Shown: in pieces, positions 30,011-39,249 of the stretch | Layout of the letters: every line of letters begins with the position of its first letter | Position numbering within the stretch: position 1 is the first letter of the stretch | Position numbers and translations under genes: made by a program | Source: an uncultured Rhodoferax sp. | Lineage (GTDB): Bacteria; Pseudomonadota; Gammaproteobacteria; Burkholderiales; Burkholderiaceae_C | DNA: 64,000 bases | Assembly (NCBI GenBank): GCA_963974265.1 | Contig: CAXBDR010000001.1 | Span: forward strand, 902 to 64,901 | Reading direction: 5' to 3' | The notes under the pieces: model-generated | Seen by the model: the letters and a program-made list of their open reading frames with translations, nothing else | Told to the model about the DNA's origin: nothing | Database searches by the model: none

Positions 30011-30490
30011 TCAGCCCGGCAAAGCGATGGTGCGGCCGGCGTATTTCGGCCGGGCCAGCTGCCGGTGCGCCAGCGTCAGCACCTGCACCTTGGCCATCAC
30101 CGTCGGCGCAAACGGCGCCGCGCGCGGGCCGGCCATGTCGACGTTGAGCAGCATCTGCTCGTTGGCCGCCAGCAGCGTGTCGGTGCCGGCCAGCAACATG
30201 GTCTGGTAGATCTGCAGCCGTTTCGCGTCGCTGCCCAGGATCTGCGTCTGCACCTCGATCGCCTTGTCCTGCTTGACCTCGAGCAGGTAGTTGATGTGTG
30301 CCTCCAGCGTGTAGATCGAGTGTCCGGTCGCCTTGCGGCCGGCTTCGTCCAGGCCGATCATGCCCATCAGCGCGTTGGTCGCCTCGCTGAACACCACCAT
30401 GTAATAGGCGTCGTTCAGGTGGCCGTTGTAGTCGACCCACTGCGGCAACACAGTGCCGCGCCAGGTCGTCAGCAGGCTGGTATCAGGCAT
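30011..30490 (-). CDS. cdhB: Hot-dog thioesterase, CdhB-like
   Basis: [25 protein letters not shown]; directly follows carnitine dehydrogenase. Confidence 0.8.
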   Translation of the reverse strand: MPDTSLLTTWRGTVLPQWVDYNGHLNDAYYMVVFSEATNALMGMIGLDEAGRKATGHSIYTLEAHINYLLEVKQDKAIEVQTQILGSDAKRLQIYQTMLLAGTDTLLAANEQMLLNVDMAGPRAAPFAPTVMAKVQVLTLAHRQLARPKYAGRTIALPG

Positions 30491-31448
30491 CGGGGTCCAT
30501 CCCGTGTTTGCGCTTGGTTGCGCGGATCGCCTCCTGCACCGCCATCAGGCAGTCGTCGCGGTAACGCTCCAGGTCGGCGATGCTGTGGTTGCCGAGCTGC
30601 TCGGCCGTGCCGTCGACCACGCGGTCGATCAGGGTGTCGGTCAGCTCCGGCGCTTCCAGCTTGGTCCACGGCAGCTTGAGCGCAGGCCCGAACTGCGACA
30701 TGAAATGGCGCATGCCGGCGTCGCCACCGGCCAGCGTATAGGTCAGAAAACTGCCCATGAAGGACCAGCGCTGGCCGGCGCCGAAACGGATCGCATCGTC
30801 GATCTCGCCAGTCGTGGCCACGCCGTCGTTGACCAGGTGCAGCGACTCGCGCCACACCGCCTCGAGCAAGCGGTCGGCGATGAAACCCGGCACCTCCTTG
30901 CGCACATGCAGCGGGCGCATGCCCAGCGAACGGTAGACCGTCATCGCCGCGGCAACCGCCTCGGGCGCCGTGTTATCGCCGCCGACGACCTCGACCAGCG
31001 GCAGCAGGTAGACCGGGTTGAACGGATGGCCGACGACGCAGCGCTCGGGATGCACTGCCTTGGCAAAGAACTCGGAGGGCAGCAGTCCGGACGTCGACGA
31101 GCCGATCAACACGTCAGGCCGGGCCGCGGCGCTGATCTTCGCGTGCAGGTCCAGCTTGAGACTCAGCGTCTCGGGCGCGCTTTCCTGGATGAAGTCGGCA
31201 TCGCGAACACATGCCTCGATGGTGTCGACGAAACGCAGGCGCTGCGGGGACGCGCCGTCGGCCAGCCCCTGGCGCTCCAGCGCACCCCAGCACTTGGCGA
31301 TGCGCCCGCGCAACGCGGCCTCGGCCCCCGGCGCCGGGTCCCAGGCCACGACGTCCAGCCCGTGGGCCAGTGCGCGGGCGACCCAGCCGCTGCCGATGAC
31401 GCCGCTGCCCAGTGCGGCGAAGGTCTTGATGTCGGTGACGAATGCCAT
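30483..31448 (-). CDS. cdhA: L-carnitine 3-dehydrogenase
   Basis: [63 protein letters not shown]. Confidence 0.9.
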   Translation of the reverse strand: MAFVTDIKTFAALGSGVIGSGWVARALAHGLDVVAWDPAPGAEAALRGRIAKCWGALERQGLADGASPQRLRFVDTIEACVRDADFIQESAPETLSLKLDLHAKISAAARPDVLIGSSTSGLLPSEFFAKAVHPERCVVGHPFNPVYLLPLVEVVGGDNTAPEAVAAAMTVYRSLGMRPLHVRKEVPGFIADRLLEAVWRESLHLVNDGVATTGEIDDAIRFGAGQRWSFMGSFLTYTLAGGDAGMRHFMSQFGPALKLPWTKLEAPELTDTLIDRVVDGTAEQLGNHSIADLERYRDDCLMAVQEAIRATKRKHGMDPDA

Positions 31449-31480
31449 GTGTTTTCCTTGGTGAGCGTGTCCTGCCGCGT

Positions 31481-32368
31481 TCAGCCGCGTTGCTTGAGCC
31501 CCATCGCCACGCGCCCCTCGGCTGGCGTCATCGGCCTGGCGCCCATGCATTCGATCAGCGTGATGGCGCGTTCGACCAGCGTGCCGTTGCTGGCCGGCAC
31601 GCCCTTGTCCAGCCACAGGTTGTCCTCCAGCCCGACGCGGACATGGCCGCCCAGCAGCACCGCCTGCGCCGCCATCGGCATCTGCATGCGGCCGATGCCG
31701 AAACCGGCCCAGGTCGCGCCCGCGGGCAGGTTGTCGACCATGGCCTTCATCGTCGTCGTGTCGGCCGGCGCGCCCCATGGGATGCCCAGGCACAGCTGGA
31801 ACAGCGGGTCGACCAGCAGGCCTTCGGCCATCATCTGCTTGGCGAACCACAGATGGCCGGTATCGAAGATCTCCAGCTCGGCCTTGACGCCGAGTTCGGT
31901 GATGCGCTTGGCGCCGGTGCGCAGCGCCGCCGGCGTGGAGACATAAATCGTGTCGCCGTCGCCGAAGTTGAGCGTGCCGCAGTCCAGCGTGCAGATGTCG
32001 GGCAGCAGCGCCTCCACGTGCACCAACCGCGCCAGCGGGCCGACCAGGTCGGTACCCGGCCCGAACCGCGTCGGGTTCTCGCCCGGACCGATCTCCAGAT
32101 CGCCCCCCATGCCGGCCGTCAGGTTGACGATGATGTCCACGCCCGAGTCCCGGATGCGCTCCATCACCTCGCGGTACAACGCGGTATCGCGGCTGCCCTT
32201 GCCGGTCTTGGGGTCGCGCACATGGCAATGCACGACGGTGGCGCCGGCCTTGGCGGCCTCGACCGCGGCGGCGGCGATCTGCTGCGGCATGACCGGCACA
32301 TGCGGGTTCTTGCCGACGGTGTCGCCGGCGCCGGTGAGGGCGCAGGTGATGATGACGTTGTGGTTCAT
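31481..32368 (-). CDS. cdhC: Beta-keto acid cleavage enzyme (3-dehydrocarnitine cleavage, BKACE)
   Basis: [16 protein letters not shown] metal motif, [16 protein letters not shown]; next to cdhA. Confidence 0.88.
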   Translation of the reverse strand: MNHNVIITCALTGAGDTVGKNPHVPVMPQQIAAAAVEAAKAGATVVHCHVRDPKTGKGSRDTALYREVMERIRDSGVDIIVNLTAGMGGDLEIGPGENPTRFGPGTDLVGPLARLVHVEALLPDICTLDCGTLNFGDGDTIYVSTPAALRTGAKRITELGVKAELEIFDTGHLWFAKQMMAEGLLVDPLFQLCLGIPWGAPADTTTMKAMVDNLPAGATWAGFGIGRMQMPMAAQAVLLGGHVRVGLEDNLWLDKGVPASNGTLVERAITLIECMGARPMTPAEGRVAMGLKQRG

Positions 32369-32666
32369 CGAGCGGGGTCTCCTCATCATGGTGTCGTTGG
32401 GCGGCTGGCACGGTCTGCTGCACGGGCGTGCCATCGGAACCGCGGGCTCGGCGCACATGCAGCCTTGCCTGGCACTGTAGCGCCAGGCCGCGCGGGCCGG
32501 GCGACGGTCTACGACGGTTCGTTGACTGGGAGCGACGCGGGTTGGAGGTGCGGAGGCTGGCTTGGGGAGCACGCAAGCGAAAAGGGCGATCGAGGCGTCT
32601 TGCGGCTTTGGTGACGGCCGCAGACCGCACGGCGTTGCCGCGAAGCAGTCATCCGTCTCCCGACAA

Positions 32667-32984
32667 CTAGATGCCCGACAACACCGCGTCCATCGCGGAG
32701 ACCAGCGCGCTGGCCTGCGCCCCCACGTTGTCCACGGGTCGCCGCAACACCTTGGCCGGCAAGGGTGCGGCATAGTGTGCCAGCGCATGCAGGCGCTGGC
32801 CCTTGACCATGATGACCGGACACAGCGCGGGCGGCACCTTGCCCATGAACTCCAGCATGGCCAACGGCATGGTCAGTCGCGTGGCCAGGGCATCGAGCAG
32901 ATCGCTCTGGATCACGACCACGTACGGGATCCCGGCAGCCGCACTACTGCTGCTCGGGTTGGCGAAAACGTCGTACTGGGCCAT
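32667..32984 (-). CDS. ccdB: CcdB family toxin
   Basis: [44 protein letters not shown]. Confidence 0.88.
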   Translation of the reverse strand: MAQYDVFANPSSSSAAAGIPYVVVIQSDLLDALATRLTMPLAMLEFMGKVPPALCPVIMVKGQRLHALAHYAAPLPAKVLRRPVDNVGAQASALVSAMDAVLSGI

Positions 32985-32991
32985 CGGATGG

Positions 32992-33261
32992 TCACCACGG
33001 TCGCATATCGGCACCAGGAATGCCATGCGCTTCGAAGTAGGCATTCTGGGCGGCAATCCAGTCGCCAAACTCGGCCTCGAAGGCCTTCTTGCGCGCAGCG
33101 CGGCTGGCCTTGTCCTGGTGGGTCCGCAGGGCCTGGTACTGCTCGGCCGAGAGAATCACGGTATCGATTTGACCGGCCTTCTCCACAAACACCGGTTCGC
33201 GCTTGGCCTGGGCGCAGAGGCTGCCAAAACGATTCTTGGCTTCGGTGGCGGTGACGCGCAT
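32992..33261 (-). CDS. Antitoxin with Phd/YefM-like N-terminus and CcdA-like C-terminus
   Basis: VTATEAKNRFG..EPVFVEKAG..VILSAEQY, then FEAEFGDWIAAQNAYFEAHGIPGADMRPW. Confidence 0.82.
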   Translation of the reverse strand: MRVTATEAKNRFGSLCAQAKREPVFVEKAGQIDTVILSAEQYQALRTHQDKASRAARKKAFEAEFGDWIAAQNAYFEAHGIPGADMRPW

Positions 33262-33280
33262 CAGGGACTCCTTCGATGAT

Positions 33281-33306
33281 TGGCCATTTTGGCCATTCTA
33301 TGGCCA
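33281..33306. promoter_or_regulatory. Putative TA operator: three TGGCCA palindromes upstream of the antitoxin
   Basis: TGGCCA at 33281, 33290 and 33301, immediately upstream of the RBS. Confidence 0.6.
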
Positions 33307-33449
33307 TGAAGGTCCGCGCGCAGGACGCGGGCGCACGCCAGCCACGCACGACCCAGGATCACTGGCAGTTCCAGCAACACCACCGCCAGTTCGCCCAGCA
33401 GCGGCACCAGCACCAGCACCCGCGTGCGCAACACGCCGTGCATGCACTG

Positions 33450-33550
33450 CGCGTCGGGCATCACCAGGTCCATTGCCCGCGCCGCGATCGCGGCGCGCAT
33501 CTGCGGGGAACCGTGGAAGTTCTCACCGACCTGCACCGGATACGCCGGTT
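33450..33550 (-). pseudogene. Short fragment resembling a mandelate racemase/enolase-superfamily gene
   Basis: YPVQVGENFHGSPQMRAAIAARAMDLVMPDAQ with no remainder of the gene. Confidence 0.5.
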
Positions 33551-33722
33551 GCGCGCAGCGGCATGGCGACCTGGCTGCTGGTGGCCCGGGGTTGGTGGGC
33601 GGACGGCGGCTCGGCCCGGGGTGGTCGGGATCCGTTGCGCGGCTGGCTGCACGACCGTCGATCGGGAACGACGCTTCATCGACCGGCAGCGAGGTCTGGC
33701 GACCCGTGCCTACACTCGGACC

Positions 33723-34469
33723 ATGGGCCTGCCTCCAATCGACGCACCGGCGCACCATGCGCTCGTGGCGTATTACCGCAGCGGCGATGCGATGCGCAGC
33801 CGCAGCGTCAGCGACGTCGTGTTGACGGGCACGCTCGACATCCCCGCCATCCCGCCACGGCTCGCGGCCGATTGGGAGCGGGAGATCATCGGGTCGCAAC
33901 TGATGCTGGAGCCCGGCGACGTCGCGCCGCTGCCGCTGGCCCGGGCGCGCATGCGCTGGCCGGATTACCGGCAGTGCGTGCAGGCGGTGTCCGACTGGAC
34001 ACGCGGTTGCGGACTGCCGGACCTGCTGGCCTCCAGCGACATCGCATTGATGGCCTGCCGCGGCGCGCGTTACCACCACGACGGCGCGCAATATGGTGGC
34101 GCCGCCTTCTGCAACCTGTTCGTCAGCGAAGACAAGGGGCTGGACCTGCATTTCCCGCGCACCGGCCGGCGCATCCCGCTGGCCCGGGGTACGGTGGTGG
34201 TCTTCGATACCGGCCAGCCGCATGGCGTCATCGGGCGCAGCAGCCACCGGTTCGACCCGGCCGACTTCCCGACGGACGCGGACTGCAGCCAGCTGTTCCT
34301 GACCTGGGAGCTTCCCATCGAGAGCACCTGCGTCGGGCAGGCCCTGCGGATCCGTCATGACACCGACCCGGCGACTGCGCGGGCACTCGACGAAGAACAG
34401 GTCCGACGGGACGGCATGCGCGCCGATGTGGATCCGGCGTCTGGCCAGTGGTGCCGGACGGTTGCCTGA
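33723..34469 (+). CDS. Hypothetical protein with HxD...H motif (possible 2OG-Fe/cupin fold)
   Basis: RYHHDG..FCNLFV..GTVVVFDTGQPHGV. Confidence 0.6.
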   Translation: MGLPPIDAPAHHALVAYYRSGDAMRSRSVSDVVLTGTLDIPAIPPRLAADWEREIIGSQLMLEPGDVAPLPLARARMRWPDYRQCVQAVSDWTRGCGLPDLLASSDIALMACRGARYHHDGAQYGGAAFCNLFVSEDKGLDLHFPRTGRRIPLARGTVVVFDTGQPHGVIGRSSHRFDPADFPTDADCSQLFLTWELPIESTCVGQALRIRHDTDPATARALDEEQVRRDGMRADVDPASGQWCRTVA

Positions 34470-34935
34470 CACCGCCGACCTGTCGGACCCGATCATCGAC
34501 CACGCCGGCGAGATCTACCAGTACGTGGGCGATGAAATCGTCGTGTCCTGGCCGCTCGATGCGGGCCTGCGCGACAACAACAACAACTGCATCCGGTGTT
34601 TCTTCGCCATGCGGGCTGCGCTGGCGCACCAATCCGGCAAGTACCAACGCATCTACGGCCTGGTCCCAACATTCAAGGCGGGCCTGCATTGCGGCAATGT
34701 CACGACCGGAGAAATCGGCGTGATCAAGAAAGACATCATCTTCACCGGCGACGTGCTCAACACGACGGCCCGCGTCCAGGGGCTGTGCAACGCGCTGGGT
34801 GTGGACAACCTCGTTTCGGGTCAACTGGTTACCCGACTCGGGCCCGACCCGTCGTTCCAGCTGCGGGCAATGGGGCCGCATGCGCTGCGTGGACGAGACG
34901 AACAGGTGGTTCTGTTCACCCTCGACCCGTCCTGA
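34470..34935 (+). pseudogene. C-terminal fragment of a class III adenylate/guanylate cyclase
   Basis: GEIYQYVGDEIV, FKAGLHCG, GDVLNTTAR, LRGR; the first metal-binding Asp region and N-terminus are absent. Confidence 0.7.
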
Positions 34936-35263
34936 GCGCCGATGTTCCGCCGCCGGCTGCGGGGCGAACGTGGGCGGTCATTTCGGTGCAGCGCGAAGTG
35001 CAAGGTATGGAACTGGCCCCTCTGGCCGACCCGTGCGCACCCAGACTGCCGCCGTGATGGCCGTCGTTGCACAGGTCGTGGACGCTGCCGGGGAAGGCGG
35101 AGAACGACCAACTGCGGACATTCGTCGCCAGGCTGAAATCAAATGTACCGACCACACCGGCAAACGTGACCTCGCGCTCCTCGGGTACTCCTCGCACGAC
35201 TGGCTATCATGGAATTTCTGCGGCAAACATCCCGTTTGGCGTCAGAAGTACGGAGTTCCCAGC

Positions 35264-35632
35264 ATGGCCAAGACGACCGAATTTGTGATTGCAACGCCTG
35301 TACTCGCATCTCTTGACATCAAACGAAGTGTCGGGTTCTTCTGTTCAAAGCTCGGCTTCACCAAAATTCACGAAGACCAGGGAACGTACGGAATCGTCTC
35401 CAGTGGTTCAGTCAGCATCCACTTTTGGGCATGCGCTGACCGGAAAATTGCCGAAGCAACAGGATGCAGGGTCGGCGTGCGGGGAATTGAACAGCTCTAT
35501 GCTCAGTGCGCGAAAGACGGCATAGTTCACCCGAAGGCTCCTCTCAAGAAAGCTCCTTGGGGAAACCATGAGTTTGCGATTCTTGACCCAGACGGGAACC
35601 TTGTCACGTTCTATGAGCCCGCTGATGCCTAA
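35264..35632 (+). CDS. VOC / bleomycin-resistance family protein
   Basis: TPVLASLDIKRSVGFF..LGF, PWGNHEFAILDPDGNLVTF; GGAG RBS. Confidence 0.88.
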   Translation: MAKTTEFVIATPVLASLDIKRSVGFFCSKLGFTKIHEDQGTYGIVSSGSVSIHFWACADRKIAEATGCRVGVRGIEQLYAQCAKDGIVHPKAPLKKAPWGNHEFAILDPDGNLVTFYEPADA

Positions 35633-35758
35633 ACACTGATTCGCCCGCATAGGGTTGCCGGCGTTGACTCGATAGTCGCCGGCACCCAAGTTGTACGCTA
35701 CAAAACGACCAACACCGGACGTTCACCTTGTTGCTCCATAGCGGCCATTCGGGGCGTT

Positions 35759-36043
35759 TCAAACAACAGGGGCGCTAGACGCTTTGTGCATGCCATCGAA
35801 GTAGATGCCGCCCTTGCATCCCTGGGAGTCCTGCCGGGACCGGTGCTCGACGTGGTCTTGAGGCCCATTGGGAACCTTTTGGCGGTGTATGCGTACAGCG
35901 CCGTGGCAGTGCATGCAGCGTACGTCATTTGCTGCAGCGCCGGCGGTGTCGGAAACAGCGACTTCCTTCCAGCGCCACTCGTGCTTTCCGTCAACTAGAT
36001 TTTCGCGCCTTGCCTCACATCTGAGCATCAGGTCATGTGGCAT
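35759..36043 (-). CDS. Small hypothetical protein, possible Zn-binding (CxxC..H..H..C)
   Basis: VRCMHCHG..DHVEH..GC. Confidence 0.6.
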   Translation of the reverse strand: MPHDLMLRCEARRENLVDGKHEWRWKEVAVSDTAGAAANDVRCMHCHGAVRIHRQKVPNGPQDHVEHRSRQDSQGCKGGIYFDGMHKASSAPVV

Positions 36044-36258
36044 CCGTTGCCCTACAGACTTTGGGATATTCTGGCACGCGCGAACATTCGCGTATGGGAC
36101 CCATAGCGGTCATTACCTTCCCGCCCCGGAGTTGCGAGTTAACTGCGACGGCTTGACATCTGTCCGAATTCTTGCAGCGCCTGGATGGCCATGCTGGTTC
36201 CACAGAAGGCGGCGCAAACGGTGCCGGGCAGTTGAGCGTCCGCGGAATGTAGGCCAGC

Positions 36259-36936
36259 CTATCGCGCTAAGTACTTGGCATCCCCTGCGACCCAAGCCAA
36301 GTGAAGCTCTGCCCCACCACGGCGACCAACTGAAATCAGGCGGTTGGGTTCGGCTATGGCTCCGAATAGCGACGCAAACGCAGCGTAGTCGGCGAACCAA
36401 TTGCTCGTTGGACTGAAGGAGTGGACAAGCATGACTGCGTGAGGAGCGCAGAACCGCTTGGCTTCGATGATGGCCGACACCGTGCGATGCAGCAGTTGGT
36501 ATCGCACATTGATTGGCAGCTGAGTGACTAGACCGAGTTCTTCCTGAAGGAAAGAAAGACGAGCCAGCTTCCCGGCAGAACTATCTAGCAGCCACTCGCC
36601 TAGCGTTGGCCCGAAAGGTTCATCGACCTTTCCTTCGACCGCTATGGACACGAGTCGGTCCGCTGCACGGGCAAGCGCCCATACATCGTTTTGTGACGGG
36701 CGCGACCCGCCGGGCAAGGGGACCTGATGCTCAGGAATAGCCAAGAGCAGCTCAATGTCCTTGAACTGGGGGCCCGCTCCAAGTACAGCGGCTATTTCGG
36801 TCGGAAACCCGGAGGCCTCTTGCCAAGAGTAGGCGAGTGTCTTGGCAGAGTAGCCTGTACGCCAATGCTTTTGTGGCTCTGCAAGGAATTGAGCCCACTG
36901 TTCCGGGCTCGAGGTCGGCATGTAAATGCTTGGCAT
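36259..36936 (-). CDS. DUF6946-like putative PD-(D/E)xK nuclease-fold protein
   Basis: WRTGYSAKTLA, SQNDVW..IAVEGKVDEPFG, RYQLLHR, MLVHSF. Confidence 0.7.
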   Translation of the reverse strand: MPSIYMPTSSPEQWAQFLAEPQKHWRTGYSAKTLAYSWQEASGFPTEIAAVLGAGPQFKDIELLLAIPEHQVPLPGGSRPSQNDVWALARAADRLVSIAVEGKVDEPFGPTLGEWLLDSSAGKLARLSFLQEELGLVTQLPINVRYQLLHRTVSAIIEAKRFCAPHAVMLVHSFSPTSNWFADYAAFASLFGAIAEPNRLISVGRRGGAELHLAWVAGDAKYLAR

Positions 36937-37259
36937 GTTGCAATCGGTCCAACTTCAGGCTCAACGAATGGTGGTTACTTGGCGCGGACAACATTACTGC
37001 GCCCATCGCCGCCGCGTTGTACATGGGCGCGGCCAAAATGACATACGGAGAACTCTAACCCAAGGTACCTGAGGTCGGGAGGGAATCTCTGGCCGAAATC
37101 GACCACCAACGGTCGCATGTATCCGGCAGCTTGCTGGCGTGTTGTAGATCTGACCTACCCCTGTCCGCAGACATGTTGTCGAAAAGTCGCGGTTCATGGC
37201 TTGTGTCGCGAGTTTGTCGCCGCGGTGATAATCAAGAAGGAAAAAGCTCGCCACAAATC

Positions 37260-38333
37260 ATGCAAAAGCCCAACCGTGCTGCGTACACCGCCTCAGAGTT
37301 CCTAGACTGGAGTTCTACGAAGGCGCTAGTCTTGTCGCCGAAGTTCCAACGCCGAGGGGTTTGGCAACCAGCTGCAAAGGCCTTCTTCATTGATAGCTTG
37401 TTGCGCGGAATGCCGGTACCTCCGGTCTACCTGCGAATGAGTCAGTCAAAGACAAAGGATCGGGTGGTTCGTGAGGTCATCGATGGTCAACAACGGATTG
37501 CTGCTGTCGTTGCATATATGCGTGACGAATACAGTCTTTCCGGAACCCTAGTTTCTGGATGGAAAGGGAAAAAGTTCTCCCAATTGAAAGAAGACGAGCG
37601 AGATAAGATACGTGACTACTCGTTTAGCGCGGAGGTATTTTCTAGTCTCACAGACGAGGAAGTCTTAGAGATATTCTCGAGGCTGAACACCTACGCGATC
37701 AAGCTCAACGCTCAAGAGTTAAGGAATGGACGGTACTTTGGGCTGTTCAAGCAGACAGCCTATAGACTCGGCTTGGAGCACTTGGAGTTCTGGAGGGTGC
37801 ACGGCATATTCACTGAGCGTGGAATTGCTCGAATGGAGGAGGCCGAACTTGTCAGCGAGTTGTTGATCGCAAGCATCGCTGGATTGCAGGACAAGAAGAA
37901 GTCAATTGATGGCTTCTACGCGCAGTTCGACGAAAAGTTCCCAGATAGGGATCTCCATACCGAGCGGTTCCGCAATGTTCTAGCGGAAATTTCCGACATC
38001 GACCATGGTTCATTGAAGGACTCGGAGTTCAATCGCCGACCTCTCTTTTACAGCCTATTCACCGCGCTTTATCACCGCATCTACGGTCTTCCCGGTGGAG
38101 GAGGTTTGCCGCCACGGAAGAAGACGCCGCTAAGCAACAAGGAGAGGGGGCGACTGGGTTCGACGATTGTTCTCCTGTCCGACGCGTTGGCGCAGTTCGG
38201 CAGTGACGGCGAGGATGCAGAGGAGTTTGACGAGGAACTAAAGTCGTTCGTTGAAGCGTCGCTACGGCAAACCGACAATATTCGACCACGCTTGGTCAGG
38301 TTGACGACGATCTATACGCGCGCGTTTGGTTGA
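37260..38333 (+). CDS. DUF262 (GmrS/ParB-like) domain protein
   Basis: PKFQRRGVW, FIDSLLRGMPVP, VIDGQQR, IFSRLN..LNAQELRN. Confidence 0.88.
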   Translation: MQKPNRAAYTASEFLDWSSTKALVLSPKFQRRGVWQPAAKAFFIDSLLRGMPVPPVYLRMSQSKTKDRVVREVIDGQQRIAAVVAYMRDEYSLSGTLVSGWKGKKFSQLKEDERDKIRDYSFSAEVFSSLTDEEVLEIFSRLNTYAIKLNAQELRNGRYFGLFKQTAYRLGLEHLEFWRVHGIFTERGIARMEEAELVSELLIASIAGLQDKKKSIDGFYAQFDEKFPDRDLHTERFRNVLAEISDIDHGSLKDSEFNRRPLFYSLFTALYHRIYGLPGGGGLPPRKKTPLSNKERGRLGSTIVLLSDALAQFGSDGEDAEEFDEELKSFVEASLRQTDNIRPRLVRLTTIYTRAFG

Positions 38334-38953
38334 TGCCGAAGTCGACGACGTTCTTGGTCAGCGACCTCGCTGGCCAACTGCGTGAGGCGCTTGAGATTGC
38401 AGAGGCCGCTGAGAGCTCGTCTACGTTCTTGTACACGCGACGGTTGTACGTCTACGAAGCTTCCTACCTCTTGGCCTTCAGTGCGTGGGAGAACATGCTG
38501 GAGCAAAGCTTCTTGCGCTTCATGTGTGGATATCGACAACAGAGCGGCGTGCCGATTGCGACTTCGACATGGGTCCGACCCAGAAACCTAGCCGCCGCGA
38601 TGGCGTTGCTCCTGGGACCAAGTCAGTACAAGCTGTGGCACAACCCTCAGCAAGTAGTTGCACGTTCGCAACGCTACTTTTCGAACGGTCCGCACGAGAC
38701 GGTGTTGACTTCAGCCCTTGCGGACATTCAAGACTTCGCGGCAGTTCGTCACTATGTGGCGCACAGAAGCGCAGACACGGAGCAAAAGTTTCAAGCGGCT
38801 GCGCGTCGCTTGTCAGGAGCCAGCGTAGTTGGAGCGCGCGCTGGCAGACTGCTGCGCAGTTCCACTACTGATAACGTGACCTCGCAACAGGTAACCTGGC
38901 TCGAGCGAATTTGCGCCGACCTCGAGCGGTACGCAAGGCAAATTGCCGGATAG
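38333..38953 (+). CDS. HEPN-domain protein (putative RNase), translationally coupled to DUF262
   Basis: Helical protein with FSAWE and RHYVAH (Rx4H); TGATG overlap. Confidence 0.7.
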   Translation: MPKSTTFLVSDLAGQLREALEIAEAAESSSTFLYTRRLYVYEASYLLAFSAWENMLEQSFLRFMCGYRQQSGVPIATSTWVRPRNLAAAMALLLGPSQYKLWHNPQQVVARSQRYFSNGPHETVLTSALADIQDFAAVRHYVAHRSADTEQKFQAAARRLSGASVVGARAGRLLRSSTTDNVTSQQVTWLERICADLERYARQIAG

Positions 38954-39249
38954 CGCTGCCGACCAAGATGGCTGTACCCAATTGAACTCAATGGACATCG
39001 CCGAGACGCGGCTTGTCGGCACGCAGCGGTCATTGCGATGAGCCTATGCACGCTTATTTTGGAAGCCTGTTAGGTGTACCGACTGAGCAGCGGCTTTGCG
39101 GTGAAGAATTCGAGGCATTGAATGTCTGGAAAGGCCCCTGACCTGCTATCCCAACAACTCCGTCGAACATCCATTTCGATCCAGACCCCACCCCCCCATT
39201 TCCCGCCTCAGCCATCCAATCCCGGACCCACCCACACCCAAGACAACAA

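Larger units (their letters stand above)
32633..39138. mobile_element. Accessory island between cdhC and cdhR (TA module, gene fragments, lower-GC defence-like genes); no integrase seen
   Basis: Compositional shift most obvious at 35.1-39.1 kb; unrelated small genes in mixed orientation; recurrent spacer motif. Confidence 0.6.

Noticed and set aside
34576-34587. (AAC)x4 repeat in the cyclase fragment
   Set aside because: Short in-frame triplet repeat with no functional implication
35626-39076. Integron/attC array (GCCTAAAC after the VOC gene, CTCTAAC at ~37053, GTTAGGT at ~39069)
   Set aside because: No properly paired RYYYAAC...GTTRRRY hairpins, genes are in mixed orientation, and no intI is present
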